Source: Phoronis australis (taxonomy: Eukaryota > Animalia > Phoronida). Taken from it: DNA of 64,000 nucleotides. The notes beneath the pieces are model-generated. The model did not search any database, was not told the DNA's origin, and saw only the letters and a list, made by a program, of their open reading frames with translations. Shown here in pieces: positions 39,900 through 53,097 of the stretch (its first letter is position 1; the number at the start of each line of letters is the position of its first letter). Made by a program: the position numbers and the translations under genes. Location: positions 662,400-726,399 of the forward strand of contig NMRA01000151.1 in the NCBI GenBank assembly GCA_002633005.1, in the 5' to 3' direction.

Positions 39900-41765
39900 C
39901 ATTAGTAACCTTTATTAAACATATAGTCGTGAGCCAAAAATGACCAGTCAGGTTTCCATTGTTCAGTGTATTCCACAAGCTAACTATTTTGCAGAAAAAT
40001 GGATTTCTGGTATACAGTTCATGTTCTATATGATTGCAAAATGTGTTTATATTTAAAGGGAACTTAATTCTAGAACTGTTAATAAGTTTTTCACACTTCA
40101 ACCGTACCCAGTTTATGACTGTTGTCTTTTTAGCAATAATCCGATAAACATCATGTTTTATTTATAGCTAAATGTAAACTCTTAACCAACAACCAACCAT
40201 TAATAGCAGACAGAAATTGTTAGTCACACTACATTACATTTATTGCTGGCCAAAATCTTACGTAATATTAGGTAATGCAACCATAGTCATGAAGATTCTA
40301 GAGTACATTTCAATGGGATTAAATAACTTTTTCCATGTATTATCATCTATATGTAAACCCTTTCATGTAAAATGTTTTTCTTGGGGTTGGTATTATGTCA
40401 CTTTTACATTTTAATGTTGAGCTATTATTCACAGAATACAAACATGTAGAGGAATGATCGGCCTCATACATTTCTTGAGACTAAATGCTTATAGATGAAG
40501 TTCTAAGGCATCTTTTTACTGCACTTATTAATGACATATAAGTTGTAAAGTTTATATTTTTATTAATTTTCTTTTATAGATTTTCAATTTTTAAAAAATA
40601 TTGTTATCCAATGAGTGATTTACAACCGTACTTATTAATGATATATAACTTCGTTATATACTTACATTGATTTTCTTTTTTAGAATTTCAAAATCAAAAA
40701 ATATTATTGTCATCCAATAAGTTATTTATATAAAATATTCCACTTTCTTCAAAGCATTTTTAATGGATCAATTTATTTCCAATCTGTAAATCACTGTTTA
40801 AACCATAAATGAAGTATTATCCTCGTCATTGTGAAGCTTTAGTTTTTTTAAAAATTCACTCCAATATTTCAAACAATCTCTCCAAAAGTATTATATATCG
40901 GTGCATTGTCTTAGCATATATTTCACCATAATGAAATATATGACTGACATTTGTGTCTCAGCTACAAACACTTTTGTCCGGTAATAAGAACTGTAATTTT
41001 AAAAGGTTTGTTCGATATTTTTATGGTGTCTTAACTTCATGATCTTCTGCTTTTCTGATAAAAACTTTACTTTTTCTTCCGTCAGATGAATATAAAACAT
41101 TATTAAATCCGTTTGGAATAATGCACCAGATATTTGATTATTTTCCAACACAAAAGTCTGTTGTTTCTTCCAATGAATCTATCTTTGACAAAACCAGTTT
41201 GGTCACTTGAAATTCAAAACCGGTTTTATTCGATTTCCAATGCACCCAGATGCCTATTTATCAATACAATTTAGAACTGTTTTTGTCTCCTTTTAAAAAA
41301 TGTTTAGGTGTTCCTGGCTTCGGTATTAATGTAATAATACCATTCCTTTGCGTTGCAGACATTTCCTAGTCCACTTCTCCACGAAAAAAATTAAACATCA
41401 TATAGTAAATCCATCAGCACCTTGACTTTTTCCTTTTTAGCGTTTTTCAAAAGACATCGAACATGTGAGTACGTTATCCTATCTTCCGGTTTTTCACTCT
41501 CGACTTCAAATAACTTTTTAAAGGTTTTTTATCTATACTAACTTTCATAATATTTTTAAGATATATTTTTCATAAAAAGCTTTTGTTTCTTATAAATGTA
41601 TTATGACATCTTGATCTTGTGTCTGCGTTTACAGATTCAAAAGAATACAGCAGTACATAATAAAAGTGCTTCGACATGAAACTTTGGAAACAAATTTGGT
41701 TGGCTGCTCACTGTTTTCCATCCAATTTGCTTCAGAGCAAGTCGCCAATCCCCTTAGCATTATTG
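39900..41765 (-). mobile_element. Highly decayed L1/Tx1-like ORF2 (pre-RT and RT region)
   Basis: SEANWMENSEQPTKF (about 41700-41740) and QRNGIITLIPKPG (about 41315-41355) resemble L1/Tx1 ORF2 motifs; many stops. Confidence 0.55.
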
Positions 41766-41766
41766 T

Positions 41767-42274
41767 AACATACCACACCGCTGGTTCCATTCAAACATTC
41801 CACACTGCTGGTTCCATTTAAACATGCCACACTGCTGATTCAATTTAAACATCCCACATTCCTGGTTTCACTCAAACATTCCACACTGCTGGTTCTATTA
41901 AAACATTCCACATTGCTGGTTCCATTCAAACACTCCACACTGCTGGTTCCATTCAAACATTCCACACTGCTGGTTCCATTCAAATATTCCACACAGCTGG
42001 TTCCATTCAAACATTCCACACTGCTGGTTCCATTCAAATATTCCACACAGCTGGTTCCATTCAAACATTCCACACTGCTGGTTCAATTTAAACATTCCAC
42101 ACTGCTGGTTCCATTTAAACATTCCACACTGCTGGTTCCATTTAAACATTCCACACTGCTGGTTCCATTCAAACATTCCACACTGCTGGTTCTATTCAAA
42201 CATTCCACACTGCTGGTTCCATTTAAACATTCCACACTGCTGGTTCCATTTAAACATTCCACACTGCTGGTTCC
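41767..42274. repeat. 27-bp minisatellite, about 19 copies
   Basis: Unit CCACACTGCTGGTTCCATT(C/T)AAACATT. Confidence 0.97.
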
Positions 42275-42404
42275 TTTTTCTAGCTTCATTTGTTTCATTT
42301 ATTACTCTATTTTCATTAGCAGAATAAATTTGTGTCATTTTTCTTAATTCCATCAATAATTAATCCTTTGCAACAAAATGACGGACCTCAATGGAATGCC
42401 GTTC

Positions 42405-43254
42405 CCACTGAATGGGACCTGAGCACTAAAATCGCTTACATGCCGCCGCGTGACTCCTTTGTCACACACCTGGCCCATTCTAAATAGCCCCAATACTATA
42501 GTCAAGTCCACAATAAACTTATCAAAGTTTGGCTCACCGGCCTGATCACTCGACGACGAACTGTCCTCCTCACTGGGTGTGTCGAAGTGGGCCTCCCACT
42601 ACTCAACATCGTTGGAGGGCTGTTTACTGGCTCTGGGCTGGAGACAACACCAGCGCAGGGCGAATCAGTTTTAGTTCCCGGAATTGCACGCTCTAGGGTA
42701 CGTTCGGAGGCACGGGTGTCAGTAGATGAATGGCCTATATTCACTCTAGACGCCACAGCTCGCGAGATTACTCGCTTCAAAAATACACTTCTCAGGGGTG
42801 GCAATGGAGCACAGCCGAAAAGCAACAGTGAAAGTACGACACCATTCTTCAGGGGTTGCTTTGCAGGTGCCTTCATCAACGACATGTCTCTGTCGTAATC
42901 CGGCGGCAGAAAATGCTTGCCATACACTCTGTAATTCTCAAGAGCTTTTTACGTTGTGTGGACGGGTAACGCTGCGTTCTTCACACGAACGAGCTAAGTA
43001 CGGTGGAGCGTGTCATCTTTCAGAAAGTGATGTAATGGCATACCCAAAGTGCGCGTGAGATGATAATTAGTAAACCCTAGTACGCAGCATTCGTGCGGCA
43101 TGCTGACTGACTTGTAAACAACACGCAAACGACGAATGAACTTATCACAACCGAGGTAAAAGAATGACTGACTCGATAACTCCCACAGTCAAACTATATG
43201 AAAACAAAATGGCGGGAAATTCTTAACCCCAAAACGTCACCTCCGGAGTAAAGG
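42405..43254 (-). mobile_element. Truncated copy of the THAP/Kolobok-like family seen at 59674-60919
   Basis: GKHFLPPDY THAP motif; shared blocks such as CACAACCGAGGTA...AATGACTGACTCGA...CACAGTCA.ACTATATGAAAA and AAGTCCACAATAAACTTATCAAA. Confidence 0.8.
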
Positions 43255-45391
43255 TCGAGGTTCGTGTTATTGAGGCCCGTTAGCTGTTTTGAAAGTGTGG
43301 GGGTCAGTTTTCGACTCCAGGATAACTGTTTTACATCGGGATTCCAAATCGATAGAACACCCCTGAGTACAGTAGATGTAAAATTCTGAAAGGCTCCCAC
43401 ACTCACGCACATACACATGCACACACACACACGCACACGCACACGCACACACGTAGGCACGCACCCTTATACACGAGCAAACGCGAACACGTACACAAAT
43501 TTAGTAATCACTTACACATCAACTATTTGCTTACGGTATTACGTTGTATTCTGTGGGGTGTAGCTATGTGACACCCCTTTATTTTCACTAACGTGTCAGG
43601 TTTATTTATTTATTTGTTGAAGCACGTACGCTATTGGTTCCATATGTGAGACTACTAATCGCATTGTCAAATGTATGAATAGTAAATAAATAATTACAGT
43701 CTCATATTTTCTATTGTATACTTGTATTGTGCTGCGTTGTGTTGTGTTGTGTTGTGTCAATGAAGTGGCATTTGTCTTTGACGATCTCCGGATTATATAC
43801 ATATATAACGATAAATGACGATTCCTGCAACAATTTGTTGATAACTGCTTCTGCGACTGTCATTTTGAAATTGAAGCGAAAGAATGCTGACGTTCATATT
43901 TATAGCGTTTGATTTCTGAGCAAAACACGCGAATTCCCTGTGTTGTGAATGTTGGTTTGTGTGGTCTCGTCTTTCGTGTTGTCTTGTGTGTTCGTGTTGT
44001 CGGTGGGTTTCCGTCAGTGGCCGGATGTTGTAAGTTCTAGTTTTGTCACGTGACTGGGGAATCGAGAGCGCTCTCTTCGTGTGGCTCTGCTGCACGCTGG
44101 ACGTCTGCGTTTGTGGGTCGTCATCTCAAGCGTGTATTCAAGCTTTCATATGAGTAAAGGTAAGCTGCACGAGAACCTGTGTATCAAGTCACAACACCTG
44201 GCAAACAGCGCCAAGAAATGTTAGAGTCACTTGTTATCACCCATTGCCAGATTGCATGAAACAGTCCCTAAATCGTAATCGTTTCGTTCCTTACTCACAG
44301 GTGTGCTATTTTTCTGCCATGTTATCTTTATTATGACCTCTTCTTTGACTATTGACATTTTCTCATAATATAACAAAAAACTCAGTCCTATATTCAGTCA
44401 AAATAATTAAGGACTTAAATTAGGGGTGTTGCATGAAAAGATTCCCGTTTATTTTCAAAATTATTGAGAATTCAACGGAGAGTTCACTCGATCTCGAATT
44501 GTATCAAAGCCAAAACTTGACTTAGTGATGAGAGTCAAACGGCATAAAAGGGACATTCAATGTTTTCACAAGCCCCGGCCGCAACTACGTAGTTGATTTA
44601 GGAAACTTAGTTGAATCCCTATTTGGGACTGTTTTATTCAACTGGGCGCGGTAATCAATCAGCAGAATTTCCCGCGTTTTGCACTTTATCAGTGAAGTTG
44701 TAATCGCTTGGGTGTACAGCGTGCGTATCATTCTGTGCGTGATTGGTGATCTTGGTTTCTCTGTTATCGTGTGGTCACCATGTAATTGGTCGTATTTGCC
44801 GTTGCCTCAGTGGAGACGAAGTCGTATGTATTTGTAAGTTATGTGACTTCAATAGGACGCCAGTAATGATGACTTTATCCCTTAACCTTATCATGAGCTT
44901 GGGATCATTTTTGTACTAACTTACACCTAACGCAAGATCTGACTTCCGCCCATTGAAATAACTGTCAAGACTGTTATATTCAATATACTCGTCGACGTTC
45001 CAATCTCAAAATGGATGCTAGCTGAGAGGAAGCAGAATAAAGTTTGAAAAAATAATGTTACCACTTAGCACTGCATCAATTGGAGCAGGCTTTCACACAG
45101 TGCAGGGCGACGCACCATAGGGGGCTGGGGGGCTATAGCCTCCACTTTTTTCAGTGCTAGGCCGCACATGGTTTATAGGCGGTGCACCACAGGGGGGGCT
45201 GAGGTGGCTTTAGCCCCCCACTTTTTTCAGTGCTGCACCGCCCATGCACACACGTGGCAAGTTTGGGGTAATTTGAAGAGTTGCCACTTGCTTAGAATAC
45301 CCTTGATCACACTCCATGTCTTTTTGGAGACTCATTTGTTTCTTTGTATTTGTTAAATTCTTGTGAAAGTACAAATTCCTTGCAGTTTTAC

Positions 45392-45593
45392 CTTGAACAA
45401 TCTTTAGCCATTTCTCTAGTTCAGTGATGACGTTTGCACTGCCGCCATCGTGAGTCCATATGTTGGCCTGCACCGAGGGAGGCGCGGTCCATGGCTTAGG
45501 GCGGAAGTCGAAATATAACTCGTTTCTGTGGACACCAATTCCCAGCATACGCTGTTGAGGATTAACTTGGTTGCCACAAATTTTAATGACAGC
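45392..45593 (-). CDS. Multi-Hedge-domain gene, visible exon 8 (end of the M15-like domain)
   Basis: gtttatttccag / gtaaaa, phase 0 to 1; AVIKICGNQVNPQQRMLGIGVHRNELYFDFRP...ELEKWLKIVQ. Confidence 0.82.
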
Positions 45594-47496
45594 CTGGAAA
45601 TAAACAACATAAATTCATTCACACAATGTCCAGTGTTATAGGTTGGCAGTAGCAAAACTTAAACTTTTCAAATGCCAATGTGCCGTGTCATCTAATGGAA
45701 TGAAACTCTTACAAAAGTAAATGATGCAAGTACATTAGGTCACGTGATGTGATCAAAAAGATGGCGGATTGAACGGGATAACCTACGCAACATATTCCAC
45801 GCCTCACTGAAAAAGATGATATTTACAAAAGTAAATGAGACACATTTGAATGTGCAGCCTACACAAGTTTAGAAACTTTTCGCAATAAAGACCATGAGCT
45901 CAGTTTTTATTTTTGTTATGATTTTTATAAAACCCTTCAGCGAGTGCGAGTGTCCAAATGGTCACGACGCGGCTATGATGATTTGGACCGGTATTCACAG
46001 ATAAAATGACTAAGTGGCCGAAACCTAAGCAATAACGCTGGTGCGTGGTCAGGAGAGTTCTGCATTTGATTCTTTGATGTTTCACTGAACATCGTTACCG
46101 TGGCAATTTCCTTCCAACGTTCGGGCACGTTACACACTCAACTGCTATTGCAAACCCGATCTTTTCTAGGTGAAGAGCAATGTCGTAACAAAACCTTTAG
46201 AGTAGTTCGACCTGAAAGGTTTTCCGGCTTTACCATCCAACGTGAAGTTGATGGACCTTCCGATAAGAAAGACCGACTGAACAAACGGGAAGGAGAGACA
46301 TAAAATGGAAGACGGGATTGCCATTACTTGAATTATTAGTACGCCATTAAAAATTGCAATGGTTATCAGCTTTTTAAGTGACCACCGTTCTCAATACCAC
46401 AGCAACAGTGTAAAATGGGAGTCGAAACATATATTTCGGAGAGTTGGATTTAACTTCTACAAGACGATTTAATTTTCCATTTTTCCATGTGGACGAACAT
46501 TTTTAGTAACGTGACGGCAATACAAATTTGCTTTTTTAAACCACTTTCATTTTGCCGTCACACTTCATTTGTTAAAACGATTGACAAGCGTTTTGACAAC
46601 GACGGTGCCGTGACTTAGATCGCAAAAGGGCAAATTGACCGGTCCTTTCCGACACAACTCCATCATTTTTCTTGCTCGTCTTCTCATCTGCTTCCGACAG
46701 TCCTTGCTTTAAGGAGAATGATAAGGCTTGATTTTGCAGACTGATTTTAAAATTCTTGTCTCAAAGGGCTTTTCTAGTTCCAAAACTTGAATATACATAC
46801 CAAATTAAATAATATGCGCCATGACATAATGTTTACCTCATTTCTTTATCAAACTAACGCGTTTTTTGAGCACAATTTTGTACCTCGGCCGAGATCTGAA
46901 AATCATCGACTATTCCTGTCTATTTCCATGACCTGAGTTCCTTGTGCATCAGTTGAGGAACGATTCCTGGATGACGGCCATGTTGTCCTTGAAAACGTTT
47001 TGATATGATCGTGAGCGTAAAACCGTTGTTATTTGTTTTGTTTTCGATTCTCATTTTGGTTCTTTTTACACAAATTTGATTATACATTGTCCAAATTTTA
47101 TCTGTTCTTTGCATATGACGAGTGGTATTTAAAGTGTAAATTGCAAGGTCTCAACCAATCTGAACAACAATATGCTCTAAATTCGTGTTTATAATTATTA
47201 TTGCTATATTCTTAACATTAACTGAATTGTACGTCGCTATAAAAAGTTATTTACATATTTGTTGCCGTGGCGTTGTAACGCCATTGTTGTAACGGAAAAT
47301 AGAAACGGCGCCATTTTCCTTCGTTACACATCTGTGACGTGGTGTTGGGGAACACAAAGAAAACAATATGGATCCCAGTGAGTACAGCAGCGTAGATGAA
47401 GAATATTTTGAAAGATACAGGGAGGGTCAGGTGGAGTTTTCAGACGATTCTGACGTTTCGGATGTGGAGGAGGAGGCGACAGACCCCATAGGAACN

Positions 47497-50400
47497 GACT
47501 TTGCCGAGTTGAGAGACCTGTTAGTGCGTGAGCAGTACGTTAACACCTGTACTAAAGACTTGGCCTTGTTCCTGCGAGAGCGGACACCCAAGACTGTTCC
47601 AGAGATGGTGGGCTTAGCAGAGAGGTATATTGAGGCCCATGGAGTGGATATAACGAGCACTCAGTCAAAGAAATCCCAAGAACGACCAGTCAAGACAGAC
47701 AACCAGAGAGTCGATCAGAAGAAAAATGACCTCGCAGAGGAAACTAAAAGGTGTTTCTTCTGTCACAAAGCTGGACACCTGGCTAGAGACTGTCGGAAGC
47801 GGACACAAGGGATGCAATACCAAAAGTCAGCAGCGGTCAACCACCGAGGTTCCCAGAGCAAAGAGGATTCGGTGAAGCGTGCTAATCCTGAACGCGCCTT
47901 CAAAGGAATGCTGCGTCTGAAGGAGGGGTATGTTGGCACGAAGAAGGTCTCAGTGTTGAGAGACACAGGCTGCACAACCATTGTGGTTCGATCTAGTTTA
48001 GTCGAACCAGGAGATATGACCTGCCGGAAGTGGTCATGCGAGTTGGCGGACTCTACCAAGAGATGGCTGCCTGTCGCAAAGATCAACATCAAGACACCGT
48101 ACTACACAGGAGAAGTGTTTGCGATGTGTATGGAGCGTCCAGTGGCCGATTTGATTATCGGGGACGTGCCTAGTGCCTTGGACCCAGGCGATGTTGAGCG
48201 ACAGCAGAGAGCAACAACTGCCAACGGGGACAATACAGGCAATAACCTTGTGGGGGGTCTGAAAGATGACTCTCAAAAGGGTACGACTTCCCAAGAGAAG
48301 AACTCAGTGACCTCAACTCTAGAGGAAGAAGAGGTGGCCGACAAGTCGGTGGAGACAGATCCTGATGAATCCAGCGAGGAAGCGGTAGCGGTGACTACCA
48401 GGGCTCAGGAAGAGCGAGAAAAATCGGACATTAAACCGTTAGCTGTGTCCCCAACCATACAAGAAATGGGACTAAAGCAGTTCAAAGAAGCCCAGCATGA
48501 AGATTCATCAATGAAAAAGTTGTGGGAGCAAGCTGAAGCCAAGGTTAAGCGACAGACCAAAAGCAAGGTGTCATACGTGATGGAGATTCAACGAGGAATA
48601 CTCTATCGCATGCTCAAAAAGAAAGATGGTGACGAGGTGAAAGAAGTTGTCGTGCCGAGTAGTTTACGGAAGTCCGTGATGAGGCTCGCTCATGAGTCTA
48701 TACTCGGTGGACACCTCGGTGTTAGGAAGACAACTGACCGTATCACCACAGCAATTTCTATTGGCCAGGAGTGGCATCAGAAGTGACCCGATTCTGCAGG
48801 TCATGCGACATCTGTCAGAAGACAATCCCGAAAGGTCGAGTGACCAAGGTACCCCTGGGAGAGATGCATTTGATGGAGGAGCCTTTCAAAAGGATCGCGA
48901 TTGATCTGATTGGCCCTATAGCTCCAGTTTCTGAGAAATGAAACTGATACATTCTCACGGTGGTAGATTTGGCTACCAGGTATCCAGAAACAGTGGCGCT
49001 ACCGAAGATTGAGACAGAGCGTGTGGCTGAAGCATTATTAGAAGTCTTCAGTAGAGTACGGTTCCCACGAGAGATCCTGAGTGATCGTGGAACGCAGTTC
49101 ACAGCGGAACTGATGAAGGAGGTCAGCAGGCTTGTGAGTGCAAAGCAGCTGTACACGACCCCTTACAATCCACGCTGTAACGGGCTCTGTGAGAGAATCA
49201 ACGGTGTTCTGAAGGCCATGCTGAAGAAAATGTGTCAAGAAAGACCGGAGGATTTGGGACCGGTATCTGCCAGCTGTCCTATTTGCTTACCGAGAAGTCC
49301 CGCAATCAAGCACAGTATTTTCACCCTTTGAGTTGTTATAGGGCAGGACAATAAAAGGTCCGATGCAAATACTGAGCGAACTCTGGACAGGGGAAGACAG
49401 CAACGACGTCCGTAATACTTACCAGTATGTCTTCGAACTCAGGAACCGCTTAGAGGAGACTTGCGAGTTGGCTAGAAAAAACTTGTATGTGGCACAGGGT
49501 ATTCACAAGCATTACTATGACAAAAAGGAAAGAGATAGGCAGTTTCAAGTGGGACAAAGAGTGTTGGTATTACTTCGCACAGATCATAACAAGCTTACTC
49601 TGCAGTGGAAGGGGCCTCACGAAGTCACAGAAAAAGTCAATCGTATGGACTACACAATCAACATGAACGGCAAGATTAAGATCTTCCATGCCAATCTGTT
49701 GAAGGCGTATCACAAACGCGAAGATGACAACACCACAGGTAAAGATGAAGCGATCGGTGCGGTGTTAATTGAGGAGTGTGTGACTGACGAAGCGACCCTT
49801 CTTGATGAAGGCGGTTTAGAGCTTCGACCGGAAGTTCACAGTGAAACCTACAAGGACGTTAAGCTGTGCGATTCCTTGACGTCAGAACAACGTGAACAGG
49901 TACTACGGCTTCTATATGATTACCGTGGCATTTTTACCAACCAGCCTGGCGAGACCGATTAGGCCAGCCACGTCATCGAGTTGACAACAGAACAACCAGT
50001 GAGAGTGAGACCACGTCAGATGCCATACACCACTCAGGACTTAGTGAAGAAGGAAGTGCAGGAGATGTTATAGATGACCATCATTGAGCCTTCGACTTCA
50101 GCTTACAGCTCTCCTGTAGTGTTGGTGGCTAAAAAGGATGGCACCACAAGATTCTGTGTTGACTATCGACGGCTGAATGCAGTGACCAAGTTTGATAACG
50201 AGCCCATGGGTAACCCAGAAGCTATTATGGTTAATCTGCATGGTCAACGTTTTTTCTCGAAGTTCGACTTCACGAAGGGCTACTGGCAAATTCCCATGGA
50301 TGAGGCTAGCAAAGAGAAGACCGCATTTGTGACTCCAGGAGGTTGTTACCAGTTCTGCAGAATGCCATTTGGCTTGGTGAATTCAGCGGCCACGTTCAAC

Positions 50401-51675
50401 AGGATGATGAGAAAAATGCTAGCAGGCTCAGGTAATATCGAGCAGTATGTCGATGATGTGCTACTCCACACTGTCACCTGGGAGGAACATCTCCATACCC
50501 TGAGGGACTTGTTTCAAAGGGTAAAGCAAGCAGGCTTGACAGTAAAACCGTCAAAGTGCAGTATCGGATATCCAGAGGTGGAGTTCCTTGGACATCAGGT
50601 TGGGACGAACCAGATAGCTATGGATGACCAAAAGCTAATGAAGGTCCAGGATGCACCAACACCATCTACAAAAACTAAGGTACGGTCATTCCTAGGACTT
50701 ACAGGGTACTACCGAAAGTTTGTGCTCAACTACACACAGATAGCCACACCGTTGACGGATTTGCTGAAGAAGGGCCAACCAAAGAAAGTCGTGTGGAGTG
50801 ATATTCATGACCGGGCAATCAGGAAGCTAAAGCAAGCGCTTGGAAGTAGCCCGATCCTACGAGTGCCTGACTTCAGCCAAAGATTTATTGTCAGGACGGA
50901 CGCGTCAAACAATGGTTTAGGGGAAGTCTTACTGCAGGAGTTTGACGATGGGATATTCCCTATTGCATATGCCAGCCGGAAGCTTAAAGAGAGCGAGCGG
51001 CATTACTTTACAGAAGAGAAAGAGTGTTTAGCAATAGTGTTTGCTGTTAAACGTTTTCAGTTTTATCTATACGGGACAGAATTCGTGGTGCAAACAGACC
51101 ACAAACCACTGGTATATATTCAGCGTTGTAAGATTAAAAGTCCCAGGGTTATGCGATGGGCTATAGCGCTGCAGAATTATAAATTCCATGTGGAGGATAT
51201 CCCTGGAAAATGTAACGTCGGTGCAGACTATTTAAGTCGATTAGCAGAGCCTGTAAGTCAAGGAGCACTTTAGCTGCGGATACAGCAGTAGGTTATGTAT
51301 ATATATGCCAGGTGATTTTGTGTTAAAAAATTATAGAGTAATTTTCTCTTTGGCAGGGGTGTGTTGTCAGAATATGGTCTGACAGTATTTTTAGTTGTAT
51401 TGTTTTGTTTTATTCTGTTTGATTGGCATGACCCCTGAGTTAAGTACAGTGATGATGTAATTTGTTTACTACAAAATAGTGTGGAACTTTCTAGAAGACT
51501 GAGGTCAGAACAGTGGTGATGTAATTTGTTTACTACAGTATAGTGTGGAACTTTCTAGAAGACTCTAGCATGACAGTGATTAATGCAGTCTGGAATATTC
51601 TAGAGACTAGTACATGTTTGTAGAATGATTGGGTAGGTTCCAGAAAGTTCTGGTATGTGCTTGAATTGATGAAAN
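47497..51675 (+). mobile_element. Gmr1-type Ty3/gypsy LTR retrotransposon (gag-PR-IN-RT-RH), inactivated; probable 3' LTR from about 51365
   Basis: CCHC knuckle CFFCHKAGHLARDC; protease LRDTGC; integrase HHCC plus IDLIGP/SDRGTQF/NGLCERIN and WKGP; RT YVDD; RNase H TDAS and TDHKPL; several stops and frameshifts; G-rich tract before TGTCAG; bounded by single Ns at 47496 and 51676. Confidence 0.93.
50074..51273 (+). CDS. RT-RNase H portion of the gypsy pol (pseudogenised element)
   Basis: RFCVDYRRLN, DFTKGYWQI, MPFGL, YVDD, TDAS, EKECLAIV, TDHKPL, ADYLSR. Confidence 0.9.
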   Translation: MTIIEPSTSAYSSPVVLVAKKDGTTRFCVDYRRLNAVTKFDNEPMGNPEAIMVNLHGQRFFSKFDFTKGYWQIPMDEASKEKTAFVTPGGCYQFCRMPFGLVNSAATFNRMMRKMLAGSGNIEQYVDDVLLHTVTWEEHLHTLRDLFQRVKQAGLTVKPSKCSIGYPEVEFLGHQVGTNQIAMDDQKLMKVQDAPTPSTKTKVRSFLGLTGYYRKFVLNYTQIATPLTDLLKKGQPKKVVWSDIHDRAIRKLKQALGSSPILRVPDFSQRFIVRTDASNNGLGEVLLQEFDDGIFPIAYASRKLKESERHYFTEEKECLAIVFAVKRFQFYLYGTEFVVQTDHKPLVYIQRCKIKSPRVMRWAIALQNYKFHVEDIPGKCNVGADYLSRLAEPVSQGAL

Positions 51676-53097
51676 CAACCTGCGCCCACCCACACACGGG
51701 GAAAAACGTGACAGTCAAGTTTCAGCAACAGTACCCAATTTGGTAATAAATCAGATAAAAAACCTTTCTAGATCGGCAATTGTGTTTTCTCCATCGCCAC
51801 ATCGTAAAACTGATGCAAAGTATGAGCAATTGCCGTGTGACTACCGACAGTGAGCGCGTTTCGTAACTCCGTGAACAAATCGGCACCGGCTTTACTGGCA
51901 GTTAAAAATGTATTTGAAAAGTGGAAAAAAACATCCACACTCGGCGATGTTTCAACAAACAAAATCAGTTTTGTCTCAAAACAGTGCGCTCCTCACCTGA
52001 ACTGAATAACCCGCACATGTGCTTGATTTTTTCTGGTGCCAGGACGTGGCAACCGGCGAAGTCTCCCCGGCAATATGAGTTGCCATGTGTCTTTGCCGGG
52101 AAAATTTATCACTAGCTGGATTGACATTAATTTTCAATTATGAAACAAAACAATTATTATAAAACGTGAGCAAAATTCACAACCGATATCCCGTTGTCTA
52201 AATTAAAAATTCCGCTACTGAAAACGCAAACCGGATGGTGTAGAGAGCTGTAGTCTATGAGCTGAATGTCGGCGACGGGAAAATAATGTAGTGTTAGGAG
52301 CATGACGCAGTGATTTTTTAATGTTTCGGTCACACACATTTTAGCTATTAAAAGCCCCCCGAAGCTTGCGCCGCGGACCAGTGATGTCCACGACCAGGCG
52401 GTCGGGGTGTGGTAGTAATTTAGCTTATACAATGCTTTGAGCTGAATGAAAATTCTTCCTTTTACTCTGAACTCATTAATATTTATTTTACACTACTTGG
52501 AAACACACCAAGTTTTCTTTCTGAAGTTATTTCGCCACCAGTAAGAAATAGGCCGTCCCTCGTTGTTGACAGTCGTATACCTAACAAAGTCCCTGTCTAA
52601 ATTTGTTTTCAATGTTTACGCGAGTTGTCAGAATAATCTTACTATATGGCAATTTTACTTAATTATTCTGATATTGCATGTTCGTTATGTTTATACTGCT
52701 AACCAGAGTTAATTACTCCCTGTAAAACACGCTCACTAGAACCGACGACCTTGTAATTCAATCGCTTCCTTCATGAATTTTATTTCCGACTTAGCGGCAG
52801 ATCAAAAATGGCGGAGTATCACTCGGCTCCAGGTCCTGACAAGTGAGGATTTTTATGAATTTTTCGCCTGTGGATTTCATTAGGATTAACCTGTAGGTAC
52901 TTATGCATGCTTCGGTATAACGTGTTCTAACCAACTAATAATTGCTAAAAACGTGTGCTTCTAGGTCTTTATGTGCGTAGAACTTACTCAGTAGAAATCA
53001 TGACAACATAGTTGAGTGAATGAGGATGGCTTCAGAATGACAAATGATTCACTTCTAAGAAGTCGTACATAATATTCCAGATATCAAATTAACTAAC

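Noticed and set aside
41840-42347. Repeat-protein ORFs in the ORF track
   Set aside because: By-products of a 27-bp minisatellite; no splice support and internal stops
47368-47495. Acidic N-terminus as part of gypsy gag
   Set aside because: Joined across an N (47496), so frame continuity may be an assembly artefact
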